From positions 10,338 to 74,337 of the forward strand of contig DATKKB010000076.1 of assembly GCA_035543095.1 (NCBI GenBank): DNA of 64,000 bases, in the 5' to 3' direction. The DNA comes from Anaerolineaceae bacterium. Its GTDB lineage: Bacteria > Chloroflexota > Anaerolineae > Anaerolineales > Anaerolineaceae. Below the pieces are notes generated by a model. It was not told the DNA's origin. It saw only the letters and a list, made by a program, of their open reading frames with translations, and did not search any database. The position numbers and the translations under genes are program-made. Below, piece after piece: positions 37,632 to 46,203 of this stretch (its first letter is position 1; each line of letters opens with the position of its first letter).

Positions 37632-38599
37632 AAATTTTGCTTCAAATCCATACCGTCATACAGGCTTGAAACCTGGGAATAGCCGTTGAATTTCAAAGTC
37701 GGGCGCCTGCCAGATCCGATCCGCAGCTCGGTCGATTGCGACCAGCGCGGATGGGGAACCTCGGGGTTGACGTTGGCATAAAAACCGTATTCATTCCGTG
37801 CGGCGAGCATCCAGAGGCTTACGGGCATTTCCTTAACCAGATCGATCTTGACTATGGCTTTAATATTTTTAAAGCCATACTTCCATGGCACCACCAGGCG
37901 CACGGGTGCCCCATCCTGGTTCGGCAGCGTTTTACCGTAGAGGCCGGTCGCCAGGAGGGTCAGGTCATTCATGGCCTCGTCCACCCGCAGCCCCTCGACG
38001 TAAGGCCATTGAAAAAAGGTGTCATTTTGGCCCGGCATTTGCCTGGGGTCGTAGACCGATTCAAACCGCACGTATCTGGCGTCCGATGTTGGTTGGACTT
38101 CTGCCAGCAGCTTGTTGAGCGCGAAGCCCTCCCACGGAATAACCAGGGACCAGCCTTCAACACATCGCAGCCGGTAGATGCGTTCTTCCTGCGTAAATTT
38201 CTTACGAATATCGTCGATGTCGTAGGTCTTTGGATTGTTGACCAATCCGCCCACCTTTACCTGCCAGGGTGACGTGATGAAATTTTGGGAGAGCGGCGCC
38301 ACGCCCGCCTTATCCGTGGTGAACTCGTAGTAATTGTTGTAATTTGTGATGTCCTGGTAACTGTTAGCAGGATCGCTCAGCTCGTCCTTCAGCCCTGCCG
38401 CCGAGGGCGCCGCGCCGGAGCTCGCCGCACCAGGCGTGGAAAATCTTGGAGTGCAGGCCGCTAAAACGGCGGCCGTTGTCGTCCAAAATGCGCCCTTAAG
38501 AAACCGGCGACGGTTGAAATAAACATGCTCGGGCGTAATATCTGAGGATTTGAAATTTTCCATTAACGATAGCCTGTAATTCTCATAATCGAGCGTCAT
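37628..38599 (-). CDS. msrP: protein-methionine-sulfoxide reductase catalytic subunit MsrP (YedY), Mo-molybdopterin, Tat-exported
   Basis: Twin-arginine signal NRRRFLKGA, plus YNNYYEF, RLRCVEGWS, PVRLVVPWKYGFKNIKAIVKI, EYGFYANVNP and HPRWSQ. Confidence 0.9.
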   Translation of the reverse strand: MTLDYENYRLSLMENFKSSDITPEHVYFNRRRFLKGAFWTTTAAVLAACTPRFSTPGAASSGAAPSAAGLKDELSDPANSYQDITNYNNYYEFTTDKAGVAPLSQNFITSPWQVKVGGLVNNPKTYDIDDIRKKFTQEERIYRLRCVEGWSLVIPWEGFALNKLLAEVQPTSDARYVRFESVYDPRQMPGQNDTFFQWPYVEGLRVDEAMNDLTLLATGLYGKTLPNQDGAPVRLVVPWKYGFKNIKAIVKIDLVKEMPVSLWMLAARNEYGFYANVNPEVPHPRWSQSTELRIGSGRRPTLKFNGYSQVSSLYDGMDLKQNF

Positions 38600-38658
38600 T
38601 TACTGATAAGTACGAACCAAATGGAATTTCTCCCAATACCTGTAGAAATTTCATCGTT

Positions 38659-38667
38659 ATTATAGCA
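38659..38667 (-). promoter_or_regulatory. candidate extended -10 element (TGCTATAAT) upstream of msrP
   Basis: The reverse complement of 38659-38667 reads TGCTATAAT, about 60 nt upstream of the msrP ATG and just downstream of a terminator hairpin. No convincing -35. Confidence 0.3.
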
Positions 38668-38725
38668 ATAAATACATTAAAGGTGCATTATGTCTTATTA
38701 CAAAAGTCTTACACTTTTTTATAAG

Positions 38726-38773
38726 AAAAGGGACAGTATTGGGCTTTGGAGCAGCCCAATATTGTCCCTTTTC
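38726..38773 (-). terminator. rho-independent terminator after the exonuclease gene
   Basis: A 16-20 bp stem, GGGACAGTATTGGGCT / AGCCCAATATTGTCCC (one G-U pair), flanked by A/T runs. Confidence 0.55.
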
Positions 38774-38794
38774 TCTTTCAAATCTTACATTGAA

Positions 38795-39370
38795 TTAACT
38801 TGCGCCCGCAATATACAGCAGCAGTTCTCTTGCCAGGAGCGTATCCGCCAGGGCACGGTGGGCATTTGGCAGGGATATTGCGCTGGCCGTTCCTGCTTCC
38901 TCCAGAGTGTAGAACTTCCATGACTTGCGCGCCGGATCCCACACGCCCCGGAATTGAGCGTAAAGTTTTAGCAGGTCGTACGAGTGCAGGCTTTCGCGCC
39001 AGGGCAGCCGGTAGCGGTCGTGGGACTGCTGCATCATGCGGAGGTCAAATTCAGTATTATAGGCAACGATCACCTTCCCTGTGAGAATGGGCCGGATTTG
39101 CTGGACCCACAGGATGGGCCACGTCGGCGCTCCCTGCACCATCTCATTCGTAATATTGTTGATTCTGGTTGCATCTAGCGGGATTGGCTGGCTCGGGCGG
39201 ACAAACGAATCTACCAGCACCTGGCCTTCCGAATCGACGATGGTTATTTCAACGATCTCGTCTGACCGGTTCAGACCGGTCGTTTCGGTATCCAGGTAGA
39301 CGGGTTTTACTTCCAATACCTTGCGCGCCGTTTGAATGGCCTGTTGGCGGGCCGTAGTTGAATTGAACAT
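38795..39370 (-). CDS. DEDDh 3'-5' exonuclease (DnaQ-like, stand-alone)
   Basis: 191 aa. Exo I YLDTETTGL, Exo II AYNTEFDLRMM and Exo III HRALADT. Confidence 0.8.
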   Translation of the reverse strand: MFNSTTARQQAIQTARKVLEVKPVYLDTETTGLNRSDEIVEITIVDSEGQVLVDSFVRPSQPIPLDATRINNITNEMVQGAPTWPILWVQQIRPILTGKVIVAYNTEFDLRMMQQSHDRYRLPWRESLHSYDLLKLYAQFRGVWDPARKSWKFYTLEEAGTASAISLPNAHRALADTLLARELLLYIAGAS

Positions 39371-39379
39371 GTCAGTTGT

Positions 39380-40246
39380 TTAGCCTAAATCCCAATAAGC
39401 AATCGCCGTGCATGCGTAGCTGAAATTGATTGTCTTTTTGCCGGTAATGAACAATCCGAAGGTGCCTTGATTTTTATACGTGCTGTCTGTGATTTCTTCC
39501 AGCGGTTTTCCGTTGGCGTAAAGCGCAACCTGATTATCCCGGACCATGATCCCCAGCCGGTTTGTCTGGTGGGCGCCAGCCAGGATAGCGCTGCCCTGCC
39601 TGGCCTTGATTAATTCTACCAGTGCGCTCGCTTCGCCGGCGCGCAGGTTGTACCGCCCGTCGCAGGTAACGCCGAACCAGTATCCGCTGGCATTATCCGG
39701 CGAGCGGAAGATCAAGCCGTACAGGTCGCTTCCGGAGCATTCTTTCACTTCCAGGGTGGCTTCCAGGTAAAAATTCTTGGGCTTCCGGTTGGATACCTGC
39801 CACCAGCCTAACCAGCCGTCTGCCAGAGCGCTCGTCAGAACCATGGCCCCATTGCTTATTTCCACCCGCGTGTGGCCGTCGTCGTACGGATTTTCCAATC
39901 CCCAATTACTGGGCTTGTCGAAAGCTCCTGTCCAGGTCGGCTTTCCCAGCGAAGCTTTTGGATCGGTTGATGCAGTCGTGGCTGAGGCCTCTGCGGTGGC
40001 CGAAACCGTGGGCAGAACGGTGGGCGTGATCGTTGCTGTGACCGCCGGGAGGGTTGCCGTCGGCCTGGGCGTGGTTGCCTGGACGGTTGGAATGGCTGGC
40101 GCAACGGTGTTCGTCAGGTCCACCGCCACGCGCGTGGCCAGGAAGTCAGGGGTGGGTGTGGCGGCCTGGAAAGGCAGGTTGCAGGCTGTCAGGAGCGGAA
40201 GGATAAGAGTGAGTATTCCGAGTGTTTTTCGCATAGCCAAATTCAC
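39380..40246 (-). CDS. lipoprotein with a Thr/Pro-rich linker and a C-terminal jelly-roll/lectin-like domain
   Basis: Lipobox LLTAC, then TPxP low complexity, then a ~190-aa beta-rich domain. No family certain. Confidence 0.45.
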   Translation of the reverse strand: MNLAMRKTLGILTLILPLLTACNLPFQAATPTPDFLATRVAVDLTNTVAPAIPTVQATTPRPTATLPAVTATITPTVLPTVSATAEASATTASTDPKASLGKPTWTGAFDKPSNWGLENPYDDGHTRVEISNGAMVLTSALADGWLGWWQVSNRKPKNFYLEATLEVKECSGSDLYGLIFRSPDNASGYWFGVTCDGRYNLRAGEASALVELIKARQGSAILAGAHQTNRLGIMVRDNQVALYANGKPLEEITDSTYKNQGTFGLFITGKKTINFSYACTAIAYWDLG

Positions 40247-42165
40247 GACCTCCGAAATTCGTTTAGCGTTTCCAGGTAATAATCCGGCAGGCCGATATCG
40301 AAGCGCCTCCCGTTCATGACCAGGCCGGTGAACCCATCTGTCTGGCGCAACTTATCCAGGGAGCTGGTCAATTGGAATTCACCCCGTTCGCGCACGTTGT
40401 TCTTGATGTTGACTTCGAGAAAGTCGAAGATCTCTGGCTTCAATATATATTGCCCGAACACGGTCAGGTATTCACCAGGATTGAGACCTTTGACCTGGAG
40501 GTTGCTGCGGGCATATTCGAGGTTGGGCTTTTCAGCAAATTCCGTGATGCTCAACAACCGGTTTTGCTCCAGCCAGACCCCGGTTGCCGTTCCGAAATTA
40601 GCGATTTTTTCTTCTGGCGTTACGCGCAGGCCGACGATGCTGGTGTTTTGGCGTTGGTATGCTTCCACCAGTTGTTGAGCACAGGATGCATCGCCATTGG
40701 ACCGATAAATGTGATCGCCCAGCATCAATAAAAATGGCTCGTTTCCAATTGCGTCTCGGGCCGTGTATACGGCGTGCCCGAAACCTTCCTGGGAGGTCTG
40801 GATCACGAACTTCACCCGTTGGCCCATCTCGATGATCCGGCGCGCGTATTCCTGGAACTGGGGCGACAGCTTGTTGAAATTTTCGATCGAAATTTGGGTC
40901 GTGAAAAAGGATCGGAATTCTTCCAAGTCGTCTTTTTGAACGATGATGATTACTTCTTCGATCCCCGCCTGGATGGCTTCTTCAACGATCAACAGGATGG
41001 CCGGTTTCGCCACCCCATCCCGGTCGATGATCGGAAAGAGCTCCTTTTTGGTCGCCTTGGTTGCGGGGAACAACCGCGTGCCGAACCCGGCAGCCGGAAT
41101 AAGGGCTTTTCGCACCTTCAATCCGGCGTGTAGGGTCAATTTCAAGCAGGGCAGGTGAAGATCCTCTTCGACGATTCGGACCACCGCTTCCTGATCCTCT
41201 GCGCTGCGGGTAATGAATTGGCCCGTGCCATCTCCCTGGGACCCAACTCCTTTTCCACCCCAAATGTGCGGAACCAATTTTTGATAAGTTAATACCCGGT
41301 GCAGGACCGGCGCCGTCAGCTCTTCCGGGCAGGCCGGGGTGGCGAACCGATCGAAATCGTTCTGGGCTTCGACCATCAATTTCCCCAGGGCTTCGCTGTC
41401 CGAGTTTTCCAGCGCAGCGATTGCCCTCTCAATATTTTTTTTATTAATCGGACCCAATAAGTTTTGAACGTTTTGTTCGAGCTCGTTTTCGGCGAACGGG
41501 AAACTACGGTTCAGACGGTTGAGAATCTCCATTGTATCTTTTTTCGAACTCAGATCGACGATTACAAAGTACATTTCCTTTCTTACGTTGAGCTCACGTG
41601 TCTCAACCCGGTCACCGTCAAAAGTCATCAGCACGGGCCGGTTTCCAAAGGCGCAGCCCTGGTCCATGCGCCCGCAGCGGGATGGGGTAGTAATTTCACC
41701 CTGGTAAGCCAGTTCCATCTCGCCGCGCACAGTCAATTTGAGGTCGTAAACCCGGTTGAACGCCCGCGCAGCCAGGACGCTGATGGCCGCGGATGAAGAA
41801 AGGCCTTTCTTGATCGGCAAATCTGTCCGGTAATTGTCGATCACCAGCCCGCGTACGTGGTAATTGATCAAGACCTGGTACGCTACCCCTGCCACGTAGC
41901 TCCAGAATCCGCCATTTTGAGCCTCATGCAGCAAGGCCTGGGACTCCATTGGAATTTCGTACGGGCCGATTTTATAATCGTCAGGTGTAATTGCGCTTAG
42001 AACCAGGGCGTTAGGATGCGGATCGACCCGGGCGTAGATGCCCTGGTTGGTTCCGCAAATGATGGCGTAGCCTTTTTCTATGTCGGCGTTGATCCGGCGG
42101 TAACCGCCGGCCCAATCCGAGTGTTCGCCAAGCAGGCAGATTCGGCCGGGGACAAAAAGGTTCAA
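40243..42165 (-). CDS. fusion protein: N-terminal GHMP sugar kinase plus C-terminal GalU-like sugar-1-phosphate nucleotidyltransferase
   Basis: 640 aa. The N-terminus has RICLLGEHSDWAGG (galactokinase-type signature) and PIKKGLSSSAAISVLAARAF (GHMP motif II). The C-terminus has ALIPAAGFGTRLFPATKATKKELFPI plus LMLGDHIY, as in UTP-glucose-1-phosphate uridylyltransferases. Confidence 0.75.
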   Translation of the reverse strand: MNLFVPGRICLLGEHSDWAGGYRRINADIEKGYAIICGTNQGIYARVDPHPNALVLSAITPDDYKIGPYEIPMESQALLHEAQNGGFWSYVAGVAYQVLINYHVRGLVIDNYRTDLPIKKGLSSSAAISVLAARAFNRVYDLKLTVRGEMELAYQGEITTPSRCGRMDQGCAFGNRPVLMTFDGDRVETRELNVRKEMYFVIVDLSSKKDTMEILNRLNRSFPFAENELEQNVQNLLGPINKKNIERAIAALENSDSEALGKLMVEAQNDFDRFATPACPEELTAPVLHRVLTYQKLVPHIWGGKGVGSQGDGTGQFITRSAEDQEAVVRIVEEDLHLPCLKLTLHAGLKVRKALIPAAGFGTRLFPATKATKKELFPIIDRDGVAKPAILLIVEEAIQAGIEEVIIIVQKDDLEEFRSFFTTQISIENFNKLSPQFQEYARRIIEMGQRVKFVIQTSQEGFGHAVYTARDAIGNEPFLLMLGDHIYRSNGDASCAQQLVEAYQRQNTSIVGLRVTPEEKIANFGTATGVWLEQNRLLSITEFAEKPNLEYARSNLQVKGLNPGEYLTVFGQYILKPEIFDFLEVNIKNNVRERGEFQLTSSLDKLRQTDGFTGLVMNGRRFDIGLPDYYLETLNEFRRS

Positions 42166-42338
42166 TTCGTCATTGCTCCTTACATCGGGAACGTAGAATT
42201 ATTGTGGCAAGTAGTTCTTGGGGTTCTTTCCATCGTAAAAACTGCATGCCAATATTTATTCTATATGTAACCCGGTGACTTAAATTTTATAAGTTATGGC
42301 ATAATTCCGCAATATAATTCATCTAGCGATTCCAAACT

Positions 42339-43838
42339 GTGAAAACAACTGTCATTAAATTGGAAGCTTTCGACGATGTGAATTCTACCCGGGATAAAAT
42401 CACCCGGTGTGGAACGGGCCGCATATTGCTGGTCTTCCCTACCGCGTACAAGATTCTGGATCGCCGCATTGACCTGATTCGCCTGATCCGAGCCTGTCAG
42501 GAACAGGGCGCCCAGCTTGCCGTCGTCAGCGATGATTCAGACGTGCAGGCGCACGCCCGCGAGATCGGTGTTCCAATTTTCACCTCTTCCACCGTCGCCC
42601 AAAAGCTACCCTGGCACCGTCCAAAGTTCATGAGGCGCTTCTTTGAGCGCCCTGGCGGTAAGCCGGGCCTGCCGGATTTGCAGGCCAACGCCAGGAAGAA
42701 CGGGCATGGCATAATCTTTGCCGAAAATCGGACGTTCCAGGTGACGGCATTTATAATCGGCGTCATTGCTGTGGTTGCCCTGGCGTGGCTCTTCATTCCA
42801 TCCGCAGTCGTAATTCTTCCTGTCGTCAGACATGACCAGGATATGGATATACAGGTATTCGCCAGCCCGAATTATGCGGCTGTCAATCCAAACGGAAAGA
42901 TACCGGCTACTATCAATTCGATCATCGTGGAACGCAGCGCCCAATCTGCCAGCACCGGCAAGGTTGTTGTGCCGGACAAAGCTGCCTCCGGAGTGGCCCG
43001 CTTCACCAATCTTAATCCGATGGCGGTGAATGTCCCCCGAGGGACGATCCTGATTGCCTACAGCGTCCAGGTCGTGAGGTTTGAGGTGACGGATGATCTG
43101 ACTGTTCCGGCCGGCTCCGGCCAGGTGGCGCTGGCAGGCATCCAGGCAGTCAAGGCAGGCAGCAGCGGCAATGTCGATGCCGGCCAGATTCGGGCCATCG
43201 AGGGGTCGCTCGGCTTGCAGCTCACCGTGACCAATCCTGACCCCACCCAGGGCGGCAGCGACCGTACTGTTTCCTCTCCAACCCAGGCAGATTATACCCA
43301 ATTGCGCCAGGGTTTGCTTAAAACCCTAGACCAGGCTGCACTGCAAGATTTTCAATCCAGGCTCCAATCGGGTGCTGCAATAATTCCCCCCACGTTGAAA
43401 CTCGATTCAATCCTGAACGAAAAAAGGGATTCGGAACCCGGTACTCCAGCCGATACGGCTAGGCTGACCATTCGAGCCGAGTACATCGCCTGGTCTTTCC
43501 TAAAAAATGACCTGGATCATCTTGCCCGAGCGGTTCTGGATACAAAACTGGATCCCGGCACCAAAGGTCTGGCTGACACACTCCTGGTGACCAATCAAGG
43601 AGATACGGTTCTTAAAAGCGGTGAAGCTCAATGGCAGATTCATGTTCACCGGCAGGCGATTCGAATATGGGATAGCCAGGAAATTTCGAATGCAATCACC
43701 GGCCAAACGCGCCAGGCTGCTTCTCAGATCCTGGTCCATAATTATGGCCTCGATCAGGCGCCGCGCATTCAAATATCGCCGGATTGGTGGCCATTTCTGC
43801 CGGCCATGTCGTTTAGAATTGAGGTAAGATCAGAATGA
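42339..43838 (+). CDS. single-pass membrane protein with a beta-rich ectodomain (possible baseplate-J-like fold)
   Basis: 499 aa with a GTG start. A soluble N-terminal ~150 aa is followed by one TM helix (FIIGVIAVVALAWLFIPSAVVIL). The segment AVKAGSSGNVDAGQIRAIEG...VTNPDPTQGGSDR...YTQLRQ recalls the baseplate J/gp47 signature. Weak call. Confidence 0.4.
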   Translation: MKTTVIKLEAFDDVNSTRDKITRCGTGRILLVFPTAYKILDRRIDLIRLIRACQEQGAQLAVVSDDSDVQAHAREIGVPIFTSSTVAQKLPWHRPKFMRRFFERPGGKPGLPDLQANARKNGHGIIFAENRTFQVTAFIIGVIAVVALAWLFIPSAVVILPVVRHDQDMDIQVFASPNYAAVNPNGKIPATINSIIVERSAQSASTGKVVVPDKAASGVARFTNLNPMAVNVPRGTILIAYSVQVVRFEVTDDLTVPAGSGQVALAGIQAVKAGSSGNVDAGQIRAIEGSLGLQLTVTNPDPTQGGSDRTVSSPTQADYTQLRQGLLKTLDQAALQDFQSRLQSGAAIIPPTLKLDSILNEKRDSEPGTPADTARLTIRAEYIAWSFLKNDLDHLARAVLDTKLDPGTKGLADTLLVTNQGDTVLKSGEAQWQIHVHRQAIRIWDSQEISNAITGQTRQAASQILVHNYGLDQAPRIQISPDWWPFLPAMSFRIEVRSE

Positions 43839-44266
43839 ACGGCAGGATACTGGCAATCGACCCGGGTGAGAAACGGATTGGAATTGCCCTATCAGATCCA
43901 ACTGGCACAATTGCCAGTCCATTCAGGGTGCTTGAACACGTCTCGCGCCTGGTGGATGCAGCACAGATAGCCGGTATCGCAACCGAAAATGGCGCCATTA
44001 AGATCATCGTGGGCCAGGCTCTGGACAGTGAAGGGCAGGCTGGTCCATCGGCACGTAAAGCCGGGCGCCTGGCAGAGGCCATCCAGGCCCAAACGCACCT
44101 TCCGGTTGAGCTGTGGGATGAAAGTTGCAGCACCGAACAGGCCCAGGACGTTCGCATTCAGATGGGCGTCAATCGTTCCCGGAGGCGGGAGCATTTGGAC
44201 GATCTTGCTGCTGCCATCATTTTGCAGTCCTACCTCGATGCGCATAGGCAAATAGAGGAAAATTGA
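43835..44266 (+). CDS. ruvX: Holliday-junction-resolvase-like pre-16S rRNA nuclease RuvX/YqgF
   Basis: ILAIDPGEKRIGIALSD and DESCSTEQA motifs. 143 aa. 4-nt overlaps on both sides. Confidence 0.85.
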   Translation: MNGRILAIDPGEKRIGIALSDPTGTIASPFRVLEHVSRLVDAAQIAGIATENGAIKIIVGQALDSEGQAGPSARKAGRLAEAIQAQTHLPVELWDESCSTEQAQDVRIQMGVNRSRRREHLDDLAAAIILQSYLDAHRQIEEN

Positions 44267-45420
44267 GCTCAAAGAATTCTGCGAGGGCTAGACGATCTTC
44301 CTGTTTGACTCCGTTGCTGGTTATTTTGCTGGGCGCGGCATGCATTTTGATCCTGGCTGGGCTTGGGGGGCTGGCAGTCGCGCCTCGCCTTGCCGAGCAG
44401 AGTTTTGGCCCGCCCTCGCCGGGCTTGGGTCAGTTTGAAAAAGCGCTTTACTCGATCCAACTACTGCTGCAGAAAAACAACCTGCTTGAACCGGCTGATC
44501 CGGCCGGTAGCGCAAAGCCTTTCACCATTGACCAGGGTGAATCGGTTAATTCAATTGCGCTGAATCTTGAAAATGCCGGTATCATACGCGACGCGGGCGC
44601 TTTCAGATTGTATCTGATTTACTCAGGACTTGATAAAGGCATTCAGGCAGGCGATCACCAGCTTAGCCCTGCTCAAACCGCGCTCGAGGTCGCCAAAGGT
44701 ATCCAGGATGCCACGCCAAGAATCCTGACTCTTCGCGTTTACGCTGGCTGGCGGACTGAGGAAATTGCAGCTGCCTTACAATCTAACGGCTTTTTGATCG
44801 ATGCGCAGAATTTCTTAACCGCCGCGGCGGAGTTGAAAGGGGAGAAAGTCTTGCTCGGGTATCCGGACATCCAAAGCGTCGAGGGGTATTTGTTCCCGGA
44901 TGACTACCGGTTCAACCGAGACGTAACTGCAGAAGAAATTCTGATGACGATGTTGCAGCATTTTGACGAAGCCGTTTCCCAGGATTTGCGTGATGCTATT
45001 CGGCGCCAGGGATTGTCGCTCGAAGATGCCGTTACGTTGGCATCCATCGTGCAAAAAGAAGCCGTCGTTCCGGACGAGCAGCCGATTATCGCGTCGGTAT
45101 TTTATAACCGCATGCAAAAAGGGATGAAGCTGGACAGCGACCCGACCGTTCAGTATGCATTGGGATTCGATCCGGTAAAAAAAACGTGGTGGAAAAACCC
45201 CCTTTCAGCAAGTGACTTAAAATTCGTTTCCCCATATAATACTTATATCAATACCGGTTTACCGCCCGGGCCGATTTCAAATCTTGGCATCTCTGCCCTT
45301 CAGGCGGTTGCATATCCGGCACAGACGCCGTATTATTATTTTCGTGCACGTTGTGATGGTTCTGGCCGTCATTTTTTCTCGGCCACCTATGAAGAGCACT
45401 TGAATAACGCTTGCCAGTAA
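44263..45420 (+). CDS. mltG: endolytic murein transglycosylase MltG (YceG-like)
   Basis: N-terminal TM segment, LASIVQKEA, the YNTY motif and PPGPISN. Confidence 0.85.
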   Translation: MSSKNSARARRSSCLTPLLVILLGAACILILAGLGGLAVAPRLAEQSFGPPSPGLGQFEKALYSIQLLLQKNNLLEPADPAGSAKPFTIDQGESVNSIALNLENAGIIRDAGAFRLYLIYSGLDKGIQAGDHQLSPAQTALEVAKGIQDATPRILTLRVYAGWRTEEIAAALQSNGFLIDAQNFLTAAAELKGEKVLLGYPDIQSVEGYLFPDDYRFNRDVTAEEILMTMLQHFDEAVSQDLRDAIRRQGLSLEDAVTLASIVQKEAVVPDEQPIIASVFYNRMQKGMKLDSDPTVQYALGFDPVKKTWWKNPLSASDLKFVSPYNTYINTGLPPGPISNLGISALQAVAYPAQTPYYYFRARCDGSGRHFFSATYEEHLNNACQ

Positions 45421-45451
45421 GATCAATACAAGTTCAATCTGGAGATGAGCA

Positions 45452-46195
45452 ATGGGCATATTGGGGATTGACATCGGTGGCTCGGGGATCAAGGGGTGCC
45501 TGGTGAACGTTGATACCGGGGAGCTAGAGACTCCCCGCTTTCGATTACCAACTCCTCCGGGTGGAAAACCAGATGAAATGGCCGAGGTCGTTCAAGATGT
45601 TGTTTCGCATTTCGATTATCGCGGTCCGGTCGGGTATGGTTTCCCGGCTGTCGTCCTTAACGGCGTCATTTATTCGGCCGCCAATATCGATAAAAGCTGG
45701 ATCGGCGTGGATGCTGCCAATCTGTTCAAAGGCTTCACGAAATGCCCATCTTATGTTTTAAATGATGCCGATGCGGCGGGGATTGCCGAAATGAAATTCG
45801 GCGTTGGTAAGGATTATCCCAAGGGAGTAGTTTTGATGTTGACCCTCGGTACCGGCATTGGCACGGCCATATTCTTAGACGGCAAGCTGGTTCCTAACCT
45901 CGAATTCGGTCACCTGGAAATTCGTGGTAAGGACGCCGAATCGCGCGCCTCCGACGCTGTCCGGCAGCAAAAGCAACTATCCTGGGAAAAATGGGCCAAG
46001 CGGCTGCAAGAATACCTCAGCACTGTAGAGCACTTGATCTGGCCCGACGTGGTCGTCCTGGGCGGCGGCGTCAGCAAAGAATGGCAAAAATTTATCCCAT
46101 ATTTAAAAATGAGAGCCAAAATATTGCCTGCCCAGTTGTTAAACCAGGCAGGTATGATCGGCGCCGCGCTGTATGCCCACGAAAAATCGCAATAA
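45452..46195 (+). CDS. ppgK: ROK-family glucokinase, polyphosphate/ATP-dependent (PpgK-like)
   Basis: 247 aa. GIDIGGSGIKG N-terminus and NDADAAG, with LGTGIGTA. The short ROK lacks the Zn Cys motif, as in actinobacterial PpgK. Confidence 0.7.
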   Translation: MGILGIDIGGSGIKGCLVNVDTGELETPRFRLPTPPGGKPDEMAEVVQDVVSHFDYRGPVGYGFPAVVLNGVIYSAANIDKSWIGVDAANLFKGFTKCPSYVLNDADAAGIAEMKFGVGKDYPKGVVLMLTLGTGIGTAIFLDGKLVPNLEFGHLEIRGKDAESRASDAVRQQKQLSWEKWAKRLQEYLSTVEHLIWPDVVVLGGGVSKEWQKFIPYLKMRAKILPAQLLNQAGMIGAALYAHEKSQ

Positions 46196-46203
46196 GGCGT
46201 TTG

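Noticed and set aside
42339-43838. The baseplate-J-like signature as an indicator of a prophage or tailocin.
   Set aside because: No tail, sheath, tube, capsid, terminase or integrase genes are anywhere nearby. The flanking genes are ruvX, mltG and sugar metabolism.
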